Shown here: positions 45,831 through 59,695 of the stretch, piece after piece
Layout of the letters: each line of letters begins with the position of its first letter
Position numbering within the stretch: the first letter of the stretch is position 1
DNA from: Amphiura filiformis
Taxonomy: Eukaryota
DNA length: 64,000 nt
Direction: 5' to 3'
Assembly (NCBI RefSeq): GCF_039555335.1
Contig: NC_092646.1
Coordinates: 36,923,911-36,987,910, forward strand
Notes under the pieces: generated by a model
The model's database searches: none
Told to the model about the DNA's origin: nothing
What the model saw: only the letters and a program-made list of their open reading frames with translations
Made by a program: the position numbers and the translations under genes

Positions 45831-46759
45831 TTAAATTTTATTTTATTTTTTCTAAAAATTACGCCCCCACCCCCTGACTGCTCTAGATCGACAATTGGTA
45901 TCGCCCATCCCTATGGAGATTGACATCACATACCAGGCGGTGATGGAAGCGATATCGCCAATTTTGAGGTCACCATTAGATTAACACATAATCATGAAAT
46001 CGTCACAAACAATTCTAAATTTGTTATGTGGTGTCAAAGCAAAATTATCTTACTCTAAAACCGTCGGGAGTGCGACAAAGTACCCTACTGCAAGTATGAT
46101 AATTTTCTATTTGTAATTGCTAACCGTGTATTTTGAATGGGGCTGTCAGTGTATCTTCGCCAGCCTCGACGTCACGTCCGGTTGCGCTTCCTCGCCGCCT
46201 GTCACAGCGTAAAAAGTGGATATAAGCGTCCCTACCAACCAATCAACTTTAAGACAAATGGGTGAAATAGGACACTTTTACGACGTTGTTTCATAATTAT
46301 TTTTATTTCACATGATCCGTGCATATATCGCCTAGCTATAAATGAAAAAATATTTTTTTAGACCAATCAAACCAATATATGGGTGTAGTACGGCCTTAAT
46401 ATGATTTTGGTGTCTAAATATTATGTAAATGAAGTCAAAATATCCATTCTTGAAAGTTCCATGAAAATTGGATGTTGTGGTTTCGTGAAAATTGACATTT
46501 AAGGTCAAAATTGACAGAGGGGGCGCTTTTCAAGATTTTGCGCAAGTTGTTGATCATTCTTTGTTATTAAGTTGACATATATAACATTGTGGTTGACCTG
46601 CTCAAGGAATTTCAGGCTTTTACTTAACAATGGTTTGTTTGCAACAGCTCCTAGAACGTCTACGATTATGCTTACATTTGGGAGAAAAGTGTGTTGACCC
46701 CAATGCATACCTGAATAGGAGCATTGAAAATACATGTGCAATAATTATGTGTACCGGGG

Positions 46760-47150
46760 TGAATTATAGGGGGGATTTTTGGCAGGCTAAAAGGGAGGGG
46801 CAAGCATTTTTTGGCAGGTCAAAAGGGGGTCAGCGATTTTGGCAGGTCGAAAGGGGGGGCAAGCAATTTTTGGCACAGATATTTTGGGTACCGTTTCTAT
46901 ATTACGCCCTAAAAAGGCGTAGGAAAACGTTAGGAACACATTCAAATGCAAAATTTCCTACTCGCTACGCTCGCATTATATGATAAGACAATTTCAGGTT
47001 TTAAATTTGGGTTCCCCAAAATCTTGCATGTGTAAGAGGGGGGGGCAAAGATTTTTGCACGTCAAAAGGGGGGCAAAGGTTTTTTTTAGCACGTCGAAAG
47101 GGGGCAAAGATTTTTGGCATGGCCAAAGGACAAGCGTTTTTGGCAGACCA
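46760..47150. repeat. Minisatellite with a unit of about 30 bp, TTTTTGGCAGGTC[AG]AAAGGGGGGCAAGC[AG], in two blocks
   Basis: Blocks at 46775–46880 and 47030–47150. Confidence 0.8.
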
Positions 47151-48059
47151 TTTCGAGAATTCACCCCCTAAACATGATAGAATACTCAAATTTCAGTATT
47201 AAGTCGGTCGGTCTTGATGTTAATATCTTTAGCGCTACTAACCTCAAAATAAAAATTGGACGCAAACTTGCGCAAAATCTTAAAAAGCGCCCTGTCATTT
47301 CATGTTGAGAATGGGCCAAATGGAATACAAAAAAAAAAGGAGAACAAAACTAAATTTGACCCCCATATAGCTCACTCCTATGAAAATAATATACTGGGGT
47401 TCTGTACCTTAAAAATATCTTGTACATGTAGTATTGCATGTGTTCCTAGTGCAATGACTTGTTCATGAACCCCTGGTTTGTTAGAATTTTGGGAGTAGGC
47501 CTATAGTCAACAAGGTCAAGGGTCAATGCAGGGGAATTGGTTTTCCAGTTAACACAGTATGTGCTATAGCAGCTTGCAAGAGATTTTAGTTGCTGGTAAA
47601 ATGAATTAAAATGTTTTTTTTTCCTTTTTTAGTGGTGTATCATGTACATGTATTTAGTTTATCAAATGGAGATAAAAATATTGGAGTTTAAATGCAGACC
47701 TGCCCTGCCCAATTCTGAATTCTGGTATACTTCAAAATTAATGTGATTGATCTTGACATGTATAATCGATATTGGACCCAAAAAGCCTATGTGTTGATAC
47801 CCAAACAGTTGAGGTAAGCATTAGTGGCGTAGCGTCATGGGCACGGGGTGCATGTGCCCCACCCCAATCGAACTGAAATTTTAAAAATCCCATAGGAAAA
47901 TGGCGAAAAAAACAGCTTGTGCCCCCAATCAGACCCGGTGCCCCCCCAAATGTGATGACCCACACTACACCACTGGTAAGCATGTGAAGGTCAGCGCTTC
48001 ACCTTCTATATTCATCTGCATCACAAATTATCCAATTACTCCTTGGCATAGCCAGCCAC

Positions 48060-48310
48060 CGTGAGTTTTGGTGGAAACAAAATCTTGGAGTACGGGTTTA
48101 GTGAACTTAGTGTAGTTGTCTTCTCACTGCTGCGGCCTGGCCTGGGTTCAATTCCCCTTGTTGCCACACGTATGGGCGTTTGGTTTCCGATCCGGGCTCG
48201 TCCTTGCAGGTTTTTCTTTGAGTGCTCCAGTTTTCCTCCTGCTTCTAAAATCAGACCTCTTCCCGTATCCCTGATGCAGGATGATCTCTCGAGCATTTTA
48301 ATACCGTCTT
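48060..48310 (+). mobile_element. tRNA-derived SINE
   Basis: A D-loop-like TAGTGTAGTTG and a T-arm-like GGCCTGGCCTGGGTTCAATTCCCC are followed by a non-tRNA body. Confidence 0.5.
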
Positions 48311-49554
48311 TTTAAATCAGGCCTGATTATTCCCCAATTTAAATCGGTTTTCCGATTTTTTTTCTACTAAAAAAAACAAAATAAATTTTTTTTTTTTTAC
48401 ATTTCTGGAGTGGGGAAATTAAGAAAGTGTTAATTATAAACTTTTTAGGGGTTGCATGCATTAAAAATGAAAAACAATTTTAGAAAAAACCCATACAATT
48501 ATATGCCTCAGAAACCCAATTTTTACCCTCTGATATGGCTAAAACCCAGGAGCTTCGGGGGGGCTTCGCCCCCTTAACCCCCTGGACCCCAGCGGAGCGT
48601 TGGCGATACTACGGTCGCCAACTTAAACAAAAACAGATTTTTTTTTTTCAGGACCACAATCAGGCCTGTTAAATTGGAATTAATCTGCCTAAAAATGAGT
48701 GGGGTGCTGGCTATTAAATATGTTTGGGCAGTGGGGTCTATTGACGACCCTATCACTGATTTTCCTTGAGGGTGAAATGGTCAAGAAAAAAAGTTTTTAA
48801 GTATAACTTAGTAAGGCAGGGATTTTAGGGTAATTTGGTACCGGGTACCAGACACATTTTTCGGGCGGGTAATCGGGTACCCGAAATTGCAACAAAAAAA
48901 ACAAGAACATTTTTTTATAGATTTTTTTGTTAAGGTTAAATGTTTTCGGTTTGGAGTGTCCCTGGACCTAAAGGTAAATGCTAGGATCATTCCAAGTGGT
49001 GAGCGCAATGCATTCTCTAAATTCAGTAAATTTTCTTTGTCGGCCGTGTAATTGTATGGGATTATTTTGATATTTTTAAACGCTTAAAATATCACAAACA
49101 ACTAGGCCTATGTTAATAAATAATATAAATTTACAATCTAAAACCGTTGGGGTTCGATAATGAACCCCACAAAACTAACCTTCAAATTAATTAAATACAA
49201 TAAAATTTGACTAGTACTGGGTGAGAGTCGCTGTCACGGTTTTAAATTCACTGTGTTGGTCAGGCTCCGATCACTCAGTTTGCAAATTGAACGGCGCGTA
49301 CCAGTGATCACGGCAGCTGCTAAATTTAGTCCCGATTTACTTCCGTGTTCCGATTGTATAGAAAGTGCCATAGGGCTGAGCAGTTTTGCCGGTTCGCTCT
49401 ATAATGCCACTCATTATGATTTGAAAATGCATTGAATTTGTATCCATTTTGAAATCATTATAAAATAGAGTATTCCAGCATCCCACTATCAATATTTATT
49501 CATATCAAGTTTGTTTTCTTTTACACCACACAGCTCAGAGCATGATCGCCAACC

Positions 49555-49693
49555 ATGTTTTCTGTTCGGATTGTCACGGCCAACCACTACGTTGCGCCTC
49601 CAATCAAGGAGTTGGACGCAACCTTTTCGGATTTCCGTAGGTCAGAGGTCAAACAAGTGCCTGTTATCCGTATTTTTGGATCAACACCTGCAG
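49555..49693 (+). CDS. REV3L: REV3L (DNA polymerase zeta catalytic subunit) coding exon 1: MFSVRIVTANHYVAPPIKELDATFSDFRRSEVKQVPVIRIFGSTPAG
   Basis: Starts at ATG 49555 and ends at donor GCAG|gtaagt (phase 1). Near-identical to the human REV3L N-terminus MFSVRIVTADYYMASPLQGLDTCQSPLTQAPVKKVPVVRVFGATPAGQK. A TATA-like TCTATAAT lies at about 49395. Confidence 0.85.
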
Positions 49694-52600
49694 GTAAGTA
49701 AATTATGCAGTAATTTCTGACTTTGGGTGGAACTTATTTAGATTGTTATTTTGAATCTTCAGAACAAATTAATTTCTGGGATTTCACAAGAATTTCGGGG
49801 ATACCCATATTTATTTTTTCCTTTGATCTACTCAGACCATTGTCAGATCTATATTACCGTAATTAAAGCACCAGAGGAAAATGTGATTGTGGTATTTGCA
49901 GGCGCAATTGCGTTTTTTTGGGTGCAATTGCATTTTTTCAAAAAAATTGTTTGAAAAAATAAAGTTAGAGACCCTAAATTACTTGAATTTGACCCTAAAT
50001 TACTTGAAGGTTGGAATCAGAGAAAAATTCTGAGGTATTTTTTCAAAGCTGGATAAAGTTGTACATTTTAATCCCTGTTGCTTCTATTGAACAGCTAGGG
50101 ACTCAAATAAAAAAATCAATTGCTATCTTTCCACTCGGTATTGTATCGAGTGGCAGCTGAAACATTGAAATTTAGGGGGATGAGCATATTTTGTACCGAT
50201 TTTACTTGGATTTTTTTGTACGGAAGGATGTGAACATTTTTCAATTTCAGACTATTTTAGCCCAAAATAAAGGTAGATTTTGGTACTTGATGGACCAATG
50301 TGTGTTTCTCGCAAAAGCAATTTTGGTCCAGAAACCTTGTTTTTTTTGGGGGGCTAAAAGGAAGATGCAAAATTAATTATTGCTTTAGTTTTTCTTCTAT
50401 TTAGAATCTGTAATTAAATCCAATTCAGTATTCTACCTTGCAGGATTTGAATGTGAACGTTTCGAGTTGAACACTGTGCCTGCTACTTGCCATATGATCA
50501 AAATATTATTTGATCAGTGGTTTATATATTTATTGGCAGGGGTATGGTGCAGTTAGTGGCGGGGTAGAGGTTGTATGGGCTTTTAAATATTTAAATATTT
50601 TTTACAAAAATACAAACAGCGAAAGCCCCAGGGTCCAGCTTTGAGAACCGCCCTTGATTTTAATTGCGAATGCAGGCATAACTTGTGGTTTGAGAACCTT
50701 CTTGTTTTTAAGTCATACTTCATCACATTTCACAAACCTACTGATCCCATTTTTAAAGGCCCATTCAGTGATTTGCTCATCCGGACGAACGTAAAAATCA
50801 TCAAAAAATTCAGATTTTGGTACTTTGTCATTGTCATAGATGTGCTTACATAGCCTGCTAGTATTATTAGAGGTCATTTTTAGAATGATAATTCCTGTTA
50901 AAATCATTAGGTAAGCTTAAATCTCAAGCTGAAATGACGAACTATGAACTAGAATCACTGACTTCTGGTTCACTTCCAGTTTTCTGACGCTATTATCGAC
51001 CATGTGTGCAATTGGTAAGCTTACTACTCAAGATAGCATTGAAATATTGGCATTTTTGAAACATCTTGGCAGAAAAAAGTGGTGGGAATTTTATTTGAGA
51101 AGGTGGGGGGGGGGGGGGCGAATATTTGAGGAAATATGGTCCTGACAGTACGTAGGCCTATAAATTAGCTACATAGTATTTGAATGGGGCTTCAACTTTG
51201 TCAATAATACTATTTTCTTTGTTTTTTGCCAAATTTTTCATTTCAAAAATACCAAATGACAATTTGAATGACTTATCCTTCACTTTTAAGCAATTTATAA
51301 ACACTTTTTTTTACACTTGCACTGGGATCACTGAATGGGACTTTAATTTTGATAAACATTGTAGTTTTTATATCTAGGTAAATTCAGCAAAATAAACTTG
51401 CCATGTCATTGATCAAAAGAAAATCCTACACTTATTTTAAAAAGAAAATTTGGTGTGACATGGAACTATCACAGCATGCTGCTTTTAATAGAGTAATGCA
51501 TTTTATGGATCAGTGCTGATCAATTTCATGCACAAAAATTTGTGTAGACAGTACATCTACCAATTGAAGTTCACTTATGTCCAGAGAATGGGAAATTTTT
51601 TTTTATAGAAAGTACAGGAAAAACAACTGTTCTCTTCATCTTCTCCCTCTATAACTTCTTGGGGAAAATCTTGGGGGAAAAAACTGTTGAATTCTGCGCC
51701 TTGAAGATAAATTTTTAGCAATAGATAAAATGACATCATAGACTATTTAATTGTATCCAAAAGTTGTAGGAGCATTAGGAATGAAGTGAAATTATGTATC
51801 AAAAATGGTAAAAATTAAAAAGTTGATTTAAATCATAAACTTTCAACATTTAAATTTAAATCATGCCAGCCCTTACAAACAGTCAAATTCTGTGAGAGCC
51901 AAGCCTTGAAATAAGCAGGCACCCGGAGCAAATTTGCCCTCGCTAAGCCATGAATTGCTCCTGATCCTTGTAAAATTCACATGAACCAGGAGCAGTCGAT
52001 TGTATGAAGAAAATGGTTTACTATTTGAATATTGCTCCTGTTTCTTCAGAAATTGCTCCTGGTTCTTGAAAATTTTGGTGAACCAGGAGCAATGTTTAAA
52101 AACAAATTGCTCCTGGTTCCAGTCCGCTTATTTCAAGGCTTGGTGAGAGCTGGTAAGTGGGATGAGATCAAAATTGTACCCTCAATAAATGGACCTGTAC
52201 TGGCACATGGTGATGGCCCCCTGGACCCTGTCTGCTGCAAGGGACCCTTCCATAAATGGCCCGGGACATCACTAAATAATCAAGTTGTTCTAGCACACAT
52301 GCAACAGATACCTTTTTACATGCTTCAAAAGGTCGCTGCACTCATAGATTATCGAAGTGTTTTTATAATCTATGCAGCACTGCAGCAAACCCATTGCCAT
52401 TTTAAATTGCATTCTTATATTTCAACAATAAACATAATTTTTTATTCTTTACCTGGAGAATGGATACATATGAATGACTATACCTAATAACAAACTACAG
52501 TGTAAGACTTGCATGCCCATTAAAATGCAGCCATGCAATCATTGTGAAATGGCTCTAAAAATTAATGCAGTAAGTACATGTAGATAGTCATAGTTATTTA

Positions 52601-55600
52601 GCTGGGCCTGCACAATAGCGGTAATAAAAATATTATTATATGGGGATGTGTAAGGTTACTAATAATAGTAAGGTGCATATACCAATTTATTCTGTGCATA
52701 CCACTGCATTTGTTAAAGTTTACATAGTGTAGCTTTATACCATAAGTCATATAAAAATATTATCAAATGCACAGATAAAAACAAAATAAAAAAGCCTTAA
52801 ATTGATTATGATGCTGTTCAAGATATATCAAATTGTGAACAAAAAAAGAACAATTTTTTCCGGCGATATCTGTCAAACAGTTTTTTTCAAGCAACAAGCA
52901 GCAAAACCTTGGTTGATCGTATCATGTCTGCAGTAAATAGATTCCAACCACAGACCCTAGAATTCTAGGGTCTGTGTTCCAACCAACAACGGCTCACTGG
53001 CTTTGCTGTTAATGTAATGGATTTTAATGCATTTTGGATCATTTCCCGTGCACAGTAACTTTTTGCGCCACCAAAATGTTTGTCATATTTTATGTACTAG
53101 TACAAATGTTGCATTAGTTACAAATATAATCCATATATTGATGTATATTAATTGTGGATGGTTAAAACTTGTTGCTATTTTAAAGGGGCATTTCGTGATC
53201 CACAGCCTCATCCCCCCACTGTTCTCAAAAAAGTTGAGATTTTTTATACCACTGGAAACCTCTGGGTACATAATGTTTGTACAAAAAATTTCTTGCGGAT
53301 TAATTTGTTTAAAATAGCAAAAGTATTGTCAAATTTGAATTACGTTCTAGTACACCAGAATGAAATTGTTCAGTGGCCTATGGAGCAGTGTGATATACAT
53401 AATCATGCATAACTCGCACAAAATCGGAATCAACTGACATTTTGGGAATAAGCTTCGTCTTCGGAATTTGTCTACTGAAAAATGTCATAAAAAGAGGATG
53501 CTCGGATCACGAAATAATCATTTAAGAGCATTGATGTATATTTAATGTGACACCAAAAGACACCACATTTGATGGGGAGGGTCGACTCCCAAAGATGATA
53601 CATACTTCCATCATATTTGGGTATATTTTCATCATTTGTGGTTCTGTATTATACACAGTATTTGACAGGCCGGGGTTCTTAGTGGAACGATGGATGATAT
53701 GTGGCAGAATTGGGGTACATTTTCAGTCTTTTTGGTGTAACTTTAGAGATGGGTGTTCTTTTTTTCTTCAAATTTCCCCCAAATATGGACAAAATGCTGA
53801 TTCTTCAGCAAAATTTTGAAAATTTTCCAGAATTTTTAAACAGAAATCATGAGATATGATTAGTTTGTTTTTGGGTCTCTCCAGACGTGGTCTAATTCTG
53901 CATAAAACCGGGCAGCCTTATTTCTATAGATCTGCAGCGCATTCAAATTGCATTGTATTGCATCGTAATTTCATTTGTGTCTATGCTAATTATGTTTACA
54001 CAACATGAACTCACGTGTTTTCAAGCAAATTCGCCGATAATAGGTGATCAAAAGCGATCGGAATGTTACAAAAGTACAGATCGCATTCAGCTTACTTCAT
54101 ATGAGATGATCTTTGGAAAAATACGGCATAATTTGTATTGGTGCTTGCGGAATGCCATGCAGTAAAATGTTAAAACGTTGCGGCAATTCATGATTGACAA
54201 CTAGCAATCGGCGTGTCCTTCGTATCCTCCGCTGTCAATTTCTTATCCACTCACTAATCCTCACAAAAGCTTTGTGTTGATTACGTAATGTGTGGAGGCA
54301 AATTGCAATAAGTACAATGAAATAATGAGTAGGGCGGGCTACGAGGCGGGTTTCTTATTCATCTTACGTAACAGTATTGTTCTCCAAAAAAACCCGGAAG
54401 CTTGTCGTTTGGAGCTCTAGCTGAAATACAGCAAGATAATGTAAGATAGTAAATGTAAACCTGTATTTTAGCTAGAGTATCTCGAGCTACAATGTAGGTC
54501 TCTCTTTTGGAATAAGGATGAGTATTTTTTTTCCATTAAATTTTAGTTAGCAACCTGTACACATTCTTAAACACCCTTCTGGTTGTAATTAAAAGGTCCT
54601 TCCCCCCTGCTGCATAACGCTATAGATATAAGGAAATTTAGCGTGAACATTTGCTCATGCAAAAACGTACACTTTGTATTCAGGAGCAATTATTATTTTC
54701 CCATGTTTTGCCCTATCTGATAGATTCCCAAGGTCAAATAATGCCTGTTAAAAATAGGCTGACTATTGATTATGGCTTGCAGTCTGTGGTACTATTGTTA
54801 ATTCAAATTTACCTGCTAATGACCGATTTTAATGAATAGAATGATGTAGCTGTTCATGTGTGGTGAGTGATGGTACTGAATAAGCGGTTATTTTTGTGTG
54901 CAGAATTTTCGAATACAGAAGTATTGTATAGGTGAAATATTTATACGGATTTTATTTTAATGCATTTTTGCCAGTTGATTTCTGAATTAAGTTTTGAATC
55001 ATAAGTTTAAATGCCTGCAGAACTATTTTGTACCATGGTGCATTCAGAATACGAAGAATGTCATTCTGATAACAACAAATGATTTAGATTTTTTTGAAAT
55101 TTGCCATAAAATTTGTATTGTTTGATATCAGAAGGACATTCCTCGTATTCAGAATGCAATTTGGTGTGTCTGATGTGAGCATTCAGGTCCTACAAAAATA
55201 TTGTGCAAAGGTGGATGACAGAGCCATTGTATCAGTGGCAAATTGAGGGGGCAAAGTGAATTTCAGGGGCAAAATCAACAAATTTTGCGCAAAATTGAGG
55301 TAAAAAGTGGAAATTTTCGTAATTTTGGGTTTTATGGGGGGGGGCAACAGGGGGCAAGGGTTCTGACTGGGGGCATTTCCCCCATGCTCCCGCCACTGCC
55401 TTGTATCTAAGTCTTTGACACAGTGAATAACACAAACTGTGCAACAGTTCTAAAAGATCATGAAAAATAATTGCCGTTCAGATTTTAAACTTCAGGTTTT
55501 TGGAAAATGAGTCCTTGAAAAATGGTTATTTCTAGGGCAAATATTAAAATTCGCGGTCGGACCTAAAATGTGTGATTGTACCCAAAATGCGCAATTTTCA

Positions 55601-55999
55601 GCGTTTTTTGCGCATCACACATTTTCCCTGTCCTTGGATTTAGCCATATATGTACATGTACAAGATGACCAAAAATGATGTCGCACTGACAACCTAGCTA
55701 TTTTATCGGCAAAATGGTCCACAACAGATGTCACAAGAAAATGGGACAAAAATCATCCAGAACACCAGGTCTTGGATGTTATGCATTCCTTATTTTATCA
55801 ATGGTATTAATTTTGATAATTTTTTATTACGTATGTACCTCCATTTTCCTCAGCGATTGCGTAGAAGTGGCGAGGTCTCCTGGTGTTAATTATTAGAGGG
55901 AGTCAATACCTATAAGTTGTAACATAATCAAAAAATACATTTTTCGTTCATTTTGAACATGATATGGCCCGGGGGGACTTGGATTATTTTTCGACGGGG

Positions 56000-56320
56000 A
56001 TGTGCAGCTCAAGCTTCCGAACCCATACCCATTTCTAAGGTAATTTTACCGAAAATAGGGACCCATATCTAAGGATTTTCAGGAAATAAGGACCCCTCTA
56101 AGGAATTGAGCTAGAAAATATTAAAAGCAACATGTTTTCCCGCATGTTTTTCACACATAGCACAGAAAATTTAAAATGGAAACCCATGTCTAAGGATTTT
56201 TTCTTCAAAACATAGACCCATGTCTTAGGATTGTCTGTGAAAAAGTAACCCATTTCGGAGGCACATCCCCATGTAGCGTTTGTATATGGCCATGCGATAT
56301 AAGGTGGGAACCTCTTTCGT
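56000..56320. repeat. Short tandem motif of about 40 bp (GACCCATRTCTAAGGATT…) with about 6 copies; an inverse-orientation relative sits at 62540..62760
   Basis: …CCCATACCCATTTCTAAGG…GACCCATATCTAAGGATTTTCAGG…GACCCCTCTAAGGAATTG…AACCCATGTCTAAGGATTTT…GACCCATGTCTTAGGATTG… At 62540–62760 the reverse-complement motif CCTAAACATGGGTCCC / CATTAACATGGGTTTAG is seen. Confidence 0.6.
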
Positions 56321-56999
56321 GACGCACCATAAATTTCTGAAAATTACGTCTTCCCGCATTCAAAATACCATATCTTGAAAAGTATTGACCCTACCTCAGC
56401 AAAATTATACATTTTCTGAAAGGAAATTGTCCAAGGATTCCAAAAATGACATTGTTTTTGTGGTGGGAGTATGCCCTAGAATGTTATATTCCAAAGTAGG
56501 GAAGAATTTTTTCAAAAAAAGTGTGTCTGAAAAAAGTTTCATATTTTCATTATGATATACCCTACATGAAATTAAATGCCAGATTTGAATTCCTTAAGCC
56601 AAGGCCTTTCCAAATATGTAGAGTTTATTGGGGGTTGACATATTACTTGACCCCAAAAATTTGAATGAAAATTGACTACTCGCGACTTGAATAAAACAAC
56701 GAAAAGGCAGAAATATGTGTAGTGTGTTTCAATAAAGGCAAATATGATTAGTAAAAAGTAGCCTGATTAAACAGAAAAAATCATCAATAAACTCACTGAA
56801 GCATATTCACATACAAATTTCAAACATACAAATATCAAAATAAGTCATTCTACAAGCATATGTTTATATTGAGCATATAATGTCTTCGTGATCCTCAGTT
56901 TGAAGAACAACAAGGTTTGTAGTAGATTTTTTCTGTGATGGAGTTTATGTCAATACCTTATATACTATGCTCTGCTTTGGGATAATAACTTTTCTTGGA

Positions 57000-57308
57000 T
57001 CAAGTAAGCAACCCTGCCTTGATGTTTTTTGGTAAAACAACAATTACTTCATCTCCAAAAGTGTAGTTAAAATCTGACTGTGCTTGTGTTTGCTCATCAA
57101 CAGTAATAACTCCGTCTGATTCCAATTCAAACAAATGGTAGTCATATACATGTAGGGAATCAGAACCAGATTTAATAATAGCAACAAATGATCCCTTGCA
57201 TATCAAATCATACATATTATTATTAAGCTGTTCTTCAGTTGGTTCAACAGGTTCAATTGAATTTTCAGCAACATTGGTACTTCGACTTTCTGAAGCCCCC
57301 CCCCACAT
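57000..57308 (-). CDS. Unassigned 102-codon ORF ending at TGA (possible terminal exon or transposon-derived ORF): …YDLICKGSFVAIIKSGSDSLHVYDYHLFELESDGVITVDEQTQAQSDFNYTFGDEVIVVLPKNIKAGLLT
   Basis: Balanced, protein-like composition. A possible acceptor cttcag|AAAGTC lies just inside the 5' end, and the ATG follows a G10 homopolymer. No homolog recognised. Confidence 0.3.
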   Translation of the reverse strand: MWGGASESRSTNVAENSIEPVEPTEEQLNNNMYDLICKGSFVAIIKSGSDSLHVYDYHLFELESDGVITVDEQTQAQSDFNYTFGDEVIVVLPKNIKAGLLT

Positions 57309-59464
57309 TGCACCTTAATAATTAATCCTTTCTTGATACCTAATTACCCTTCTAATTAATAAAAATGTAATTTTGAACATGTTTAAGATTAACAATGTAC
57401 ATTGTAATATAAATGCAAAACACTTGGATATGAAATACGGAGGTAAACATTGTACGTACATGTAAGTTCTGTAAAATAATGCTTTCATCGGAAGCCGTAA
57501 ATCAGGAATCTGAGCTTGTTAATTACTTAATCCTTCTAATTGAATTGAAGTTTTACAAAAATTAAAGTTTTATAAGACTACTTATGACATATTATTAATT
57601 CTTTAATCAAATAACATTTCCTCTAGACATGTTTTTAGTTTGTAGAATCAAATAAAGTTCAACCAAACTTGGGATGCCGCTTTTCCCATACAGTTTCTAT
57701 GGTACCGTGTCCCAATATCCGTGTCCCAATATCCGCCCACCTGCATGCTCGTTAGCATAATTAATCATAAAGTTAATTAGAATTGGTGGAGAAGGCTGGC
57801 TTTGGTTTCAAATGAAAGAAGAAAGAATAGGCTTTAAAATGATATCAAAATAAAATCTGTAGGTGTTCATCTTCATATCTAAACAACTAAAGTCATTTCA
57901 TATTTTAAGAAAAATGTCACACCACCCACTTATTAGTACTCCCACCTTGTAACGCAGGGCCATATCTGTGTGTACCCACCCCCCGGATATGGGAAATATA
58001 TGCATACCTTATAGGTAATGCATAATATGAGACCATTGTTGCAGATAATACCCAGAGATAGTGCGTACAGTGCTATAGTACTCAAGTACAATTTTAATAT
58101 GCCGGCGTTTTCCAATCCGATATTGTTGCTTCAATGGTAGATGCCAATCATGCCATAACATGTAAGTCATTGCGTGGCCTTGACCATGACAACTAAAAGA
58201 GCTAGACCTCAGACGAAATTATGCAAGAAAATTATATAGCATAACTACAAGGCTTGCTGATTTTCATTGTCATTTTATTGTGAAGAGCTGGAAGAATCAA
58301 ATTAAAGTCAGTGTCATGAGTGCCAGTAATTAGAGACCCTAAAATTTTTTTTACATTAGGCCAAGTGAAATAAAAAACATGTCCGCATTTTCTATAAAAA
58401 AAAGAAAAAGAAGAGGGGCTTTTTATTTTTTATCGCAAAATCGGTGTAAAACCCATACGCTAGAGCTGTTTTAGCAGATACATACAATATTTAATAATGC
58501 ATGGAAAAAGGAAAAGGCTTTTTTATGTTATCGTTATAGGCCCCTCTTATGATCTTATGAACTGTCCAAAATTGTTTATTAGCAAGGCTGTAGAAAGAAT
58601 CTCCAAGACATATTTGTTAAAAAGTTATTAACTGAATTTCAAAAAATAAAAATAAAATTGAAGAAACCTTAAAAAAAGGAAGCAGGAGGGAACTTGAAAC
58701 ATGTTTATTTTTTTTATTTGGCCTTAATAGCTTCAAAGTGAATGGCAAGGCTTTAAATTCTCAGCAAGTTGTATGTTCGTCATTTATAGCATACTATAGC
58801 TGTCAATCTTAAATGTTTTTAAAAACATCAGTAACTGTTTAAAAATATTCGCTAAACGTGTAAGCATTAAAAATAAAATATTGACAGTTTTTTTGTCATT
58901 TTTGTCAGAGGGGCCTACCTCTCATTTTGGACCAATGGACAAAAGCAGGACCCTTTTTAAACAAATTGAAATTATTAAAGAAAAGTACAACATTTGAAAA
59001 GTAGATCTCATATTTTCACCGAACATGGTGAATTCAGTGCATGTGGAATGTCTCCATTCACTATTTAACTGTTGAATTAAAATAAAGTACAGAAATCCGG
59101 TAAAAATATGGTGTCCACTTTAAAAAAAATGTTGCCTACTTTTAAAAATAATTTCAAATTGTTTTAGTAGGTTCTTGTCTTTGTTATCAACCATTATTGA
59201 CTTGTTTTGGAACTCAGATGTTCTACTGCAACATGGGCCGAACAAACATTTACGCAAATTTTGCGAAAAGTTTATGCCACCAAAATAGAGTTCTTTCCAA
59301 ATAGCTAATTTTATCCCAAATCTTGTTCTTTTGTATTTTATTCAATTAAAATTCTGTAGTAATGAGCATGAAAAGAACAATAGTTGATGAATGCATACAG
59401 GTGAATAATTAAAAGGGAAAAAAGCTGTACAAGTAGACAGGGTTGCTAGTTGCCACTTGGCTGA

Positions 59465-59695
59465 CCGGGGGTGGGGGGTCACTCACCACTTGACCTGCTA
59501 CGCACCCGCACCCAAGAAAAGCATCGAAAAGGGTATGTTTTTCACCACACGGCGTCGCCGACATCTCTTTGAAAAAGGGGTATTTTTTCAGAAGGCATCG
59601 CCATTTAGGGGTCAAATTCAGCCAAACCCTTCGACGTCTAGGGTCTTTAACAGCCGAACGCTTCAACGTGGGTGGGTGTGAGAGTGACCCCCCGG
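59465..59695. mobile_element. Small MITE-like element of about 230 bp with G-rich inverted termini
   Basis: CCGGGGGTGGGGGGTCACTCACC at the left and GGTGTGAGAGTGACCCCCCGG at the right. The overlapping ORFs on both strands (59409..59666, 59457..59681) are artefacts. Confidence 0.45.

Noticed and set aside
52032-52487. 151-aa plus-strand ORF, considered as REV3L exon 2
   Set aside because: It has no similarity to the REV3L exon 2 peptide (GQKTCLHLHGIFPYLYVPYDG). The ORF has no in-frame ATG near its 5' end and is embedded in short inverted ATTGCTCCTGGTTC/GAACCAGGAGCAAT repeats.
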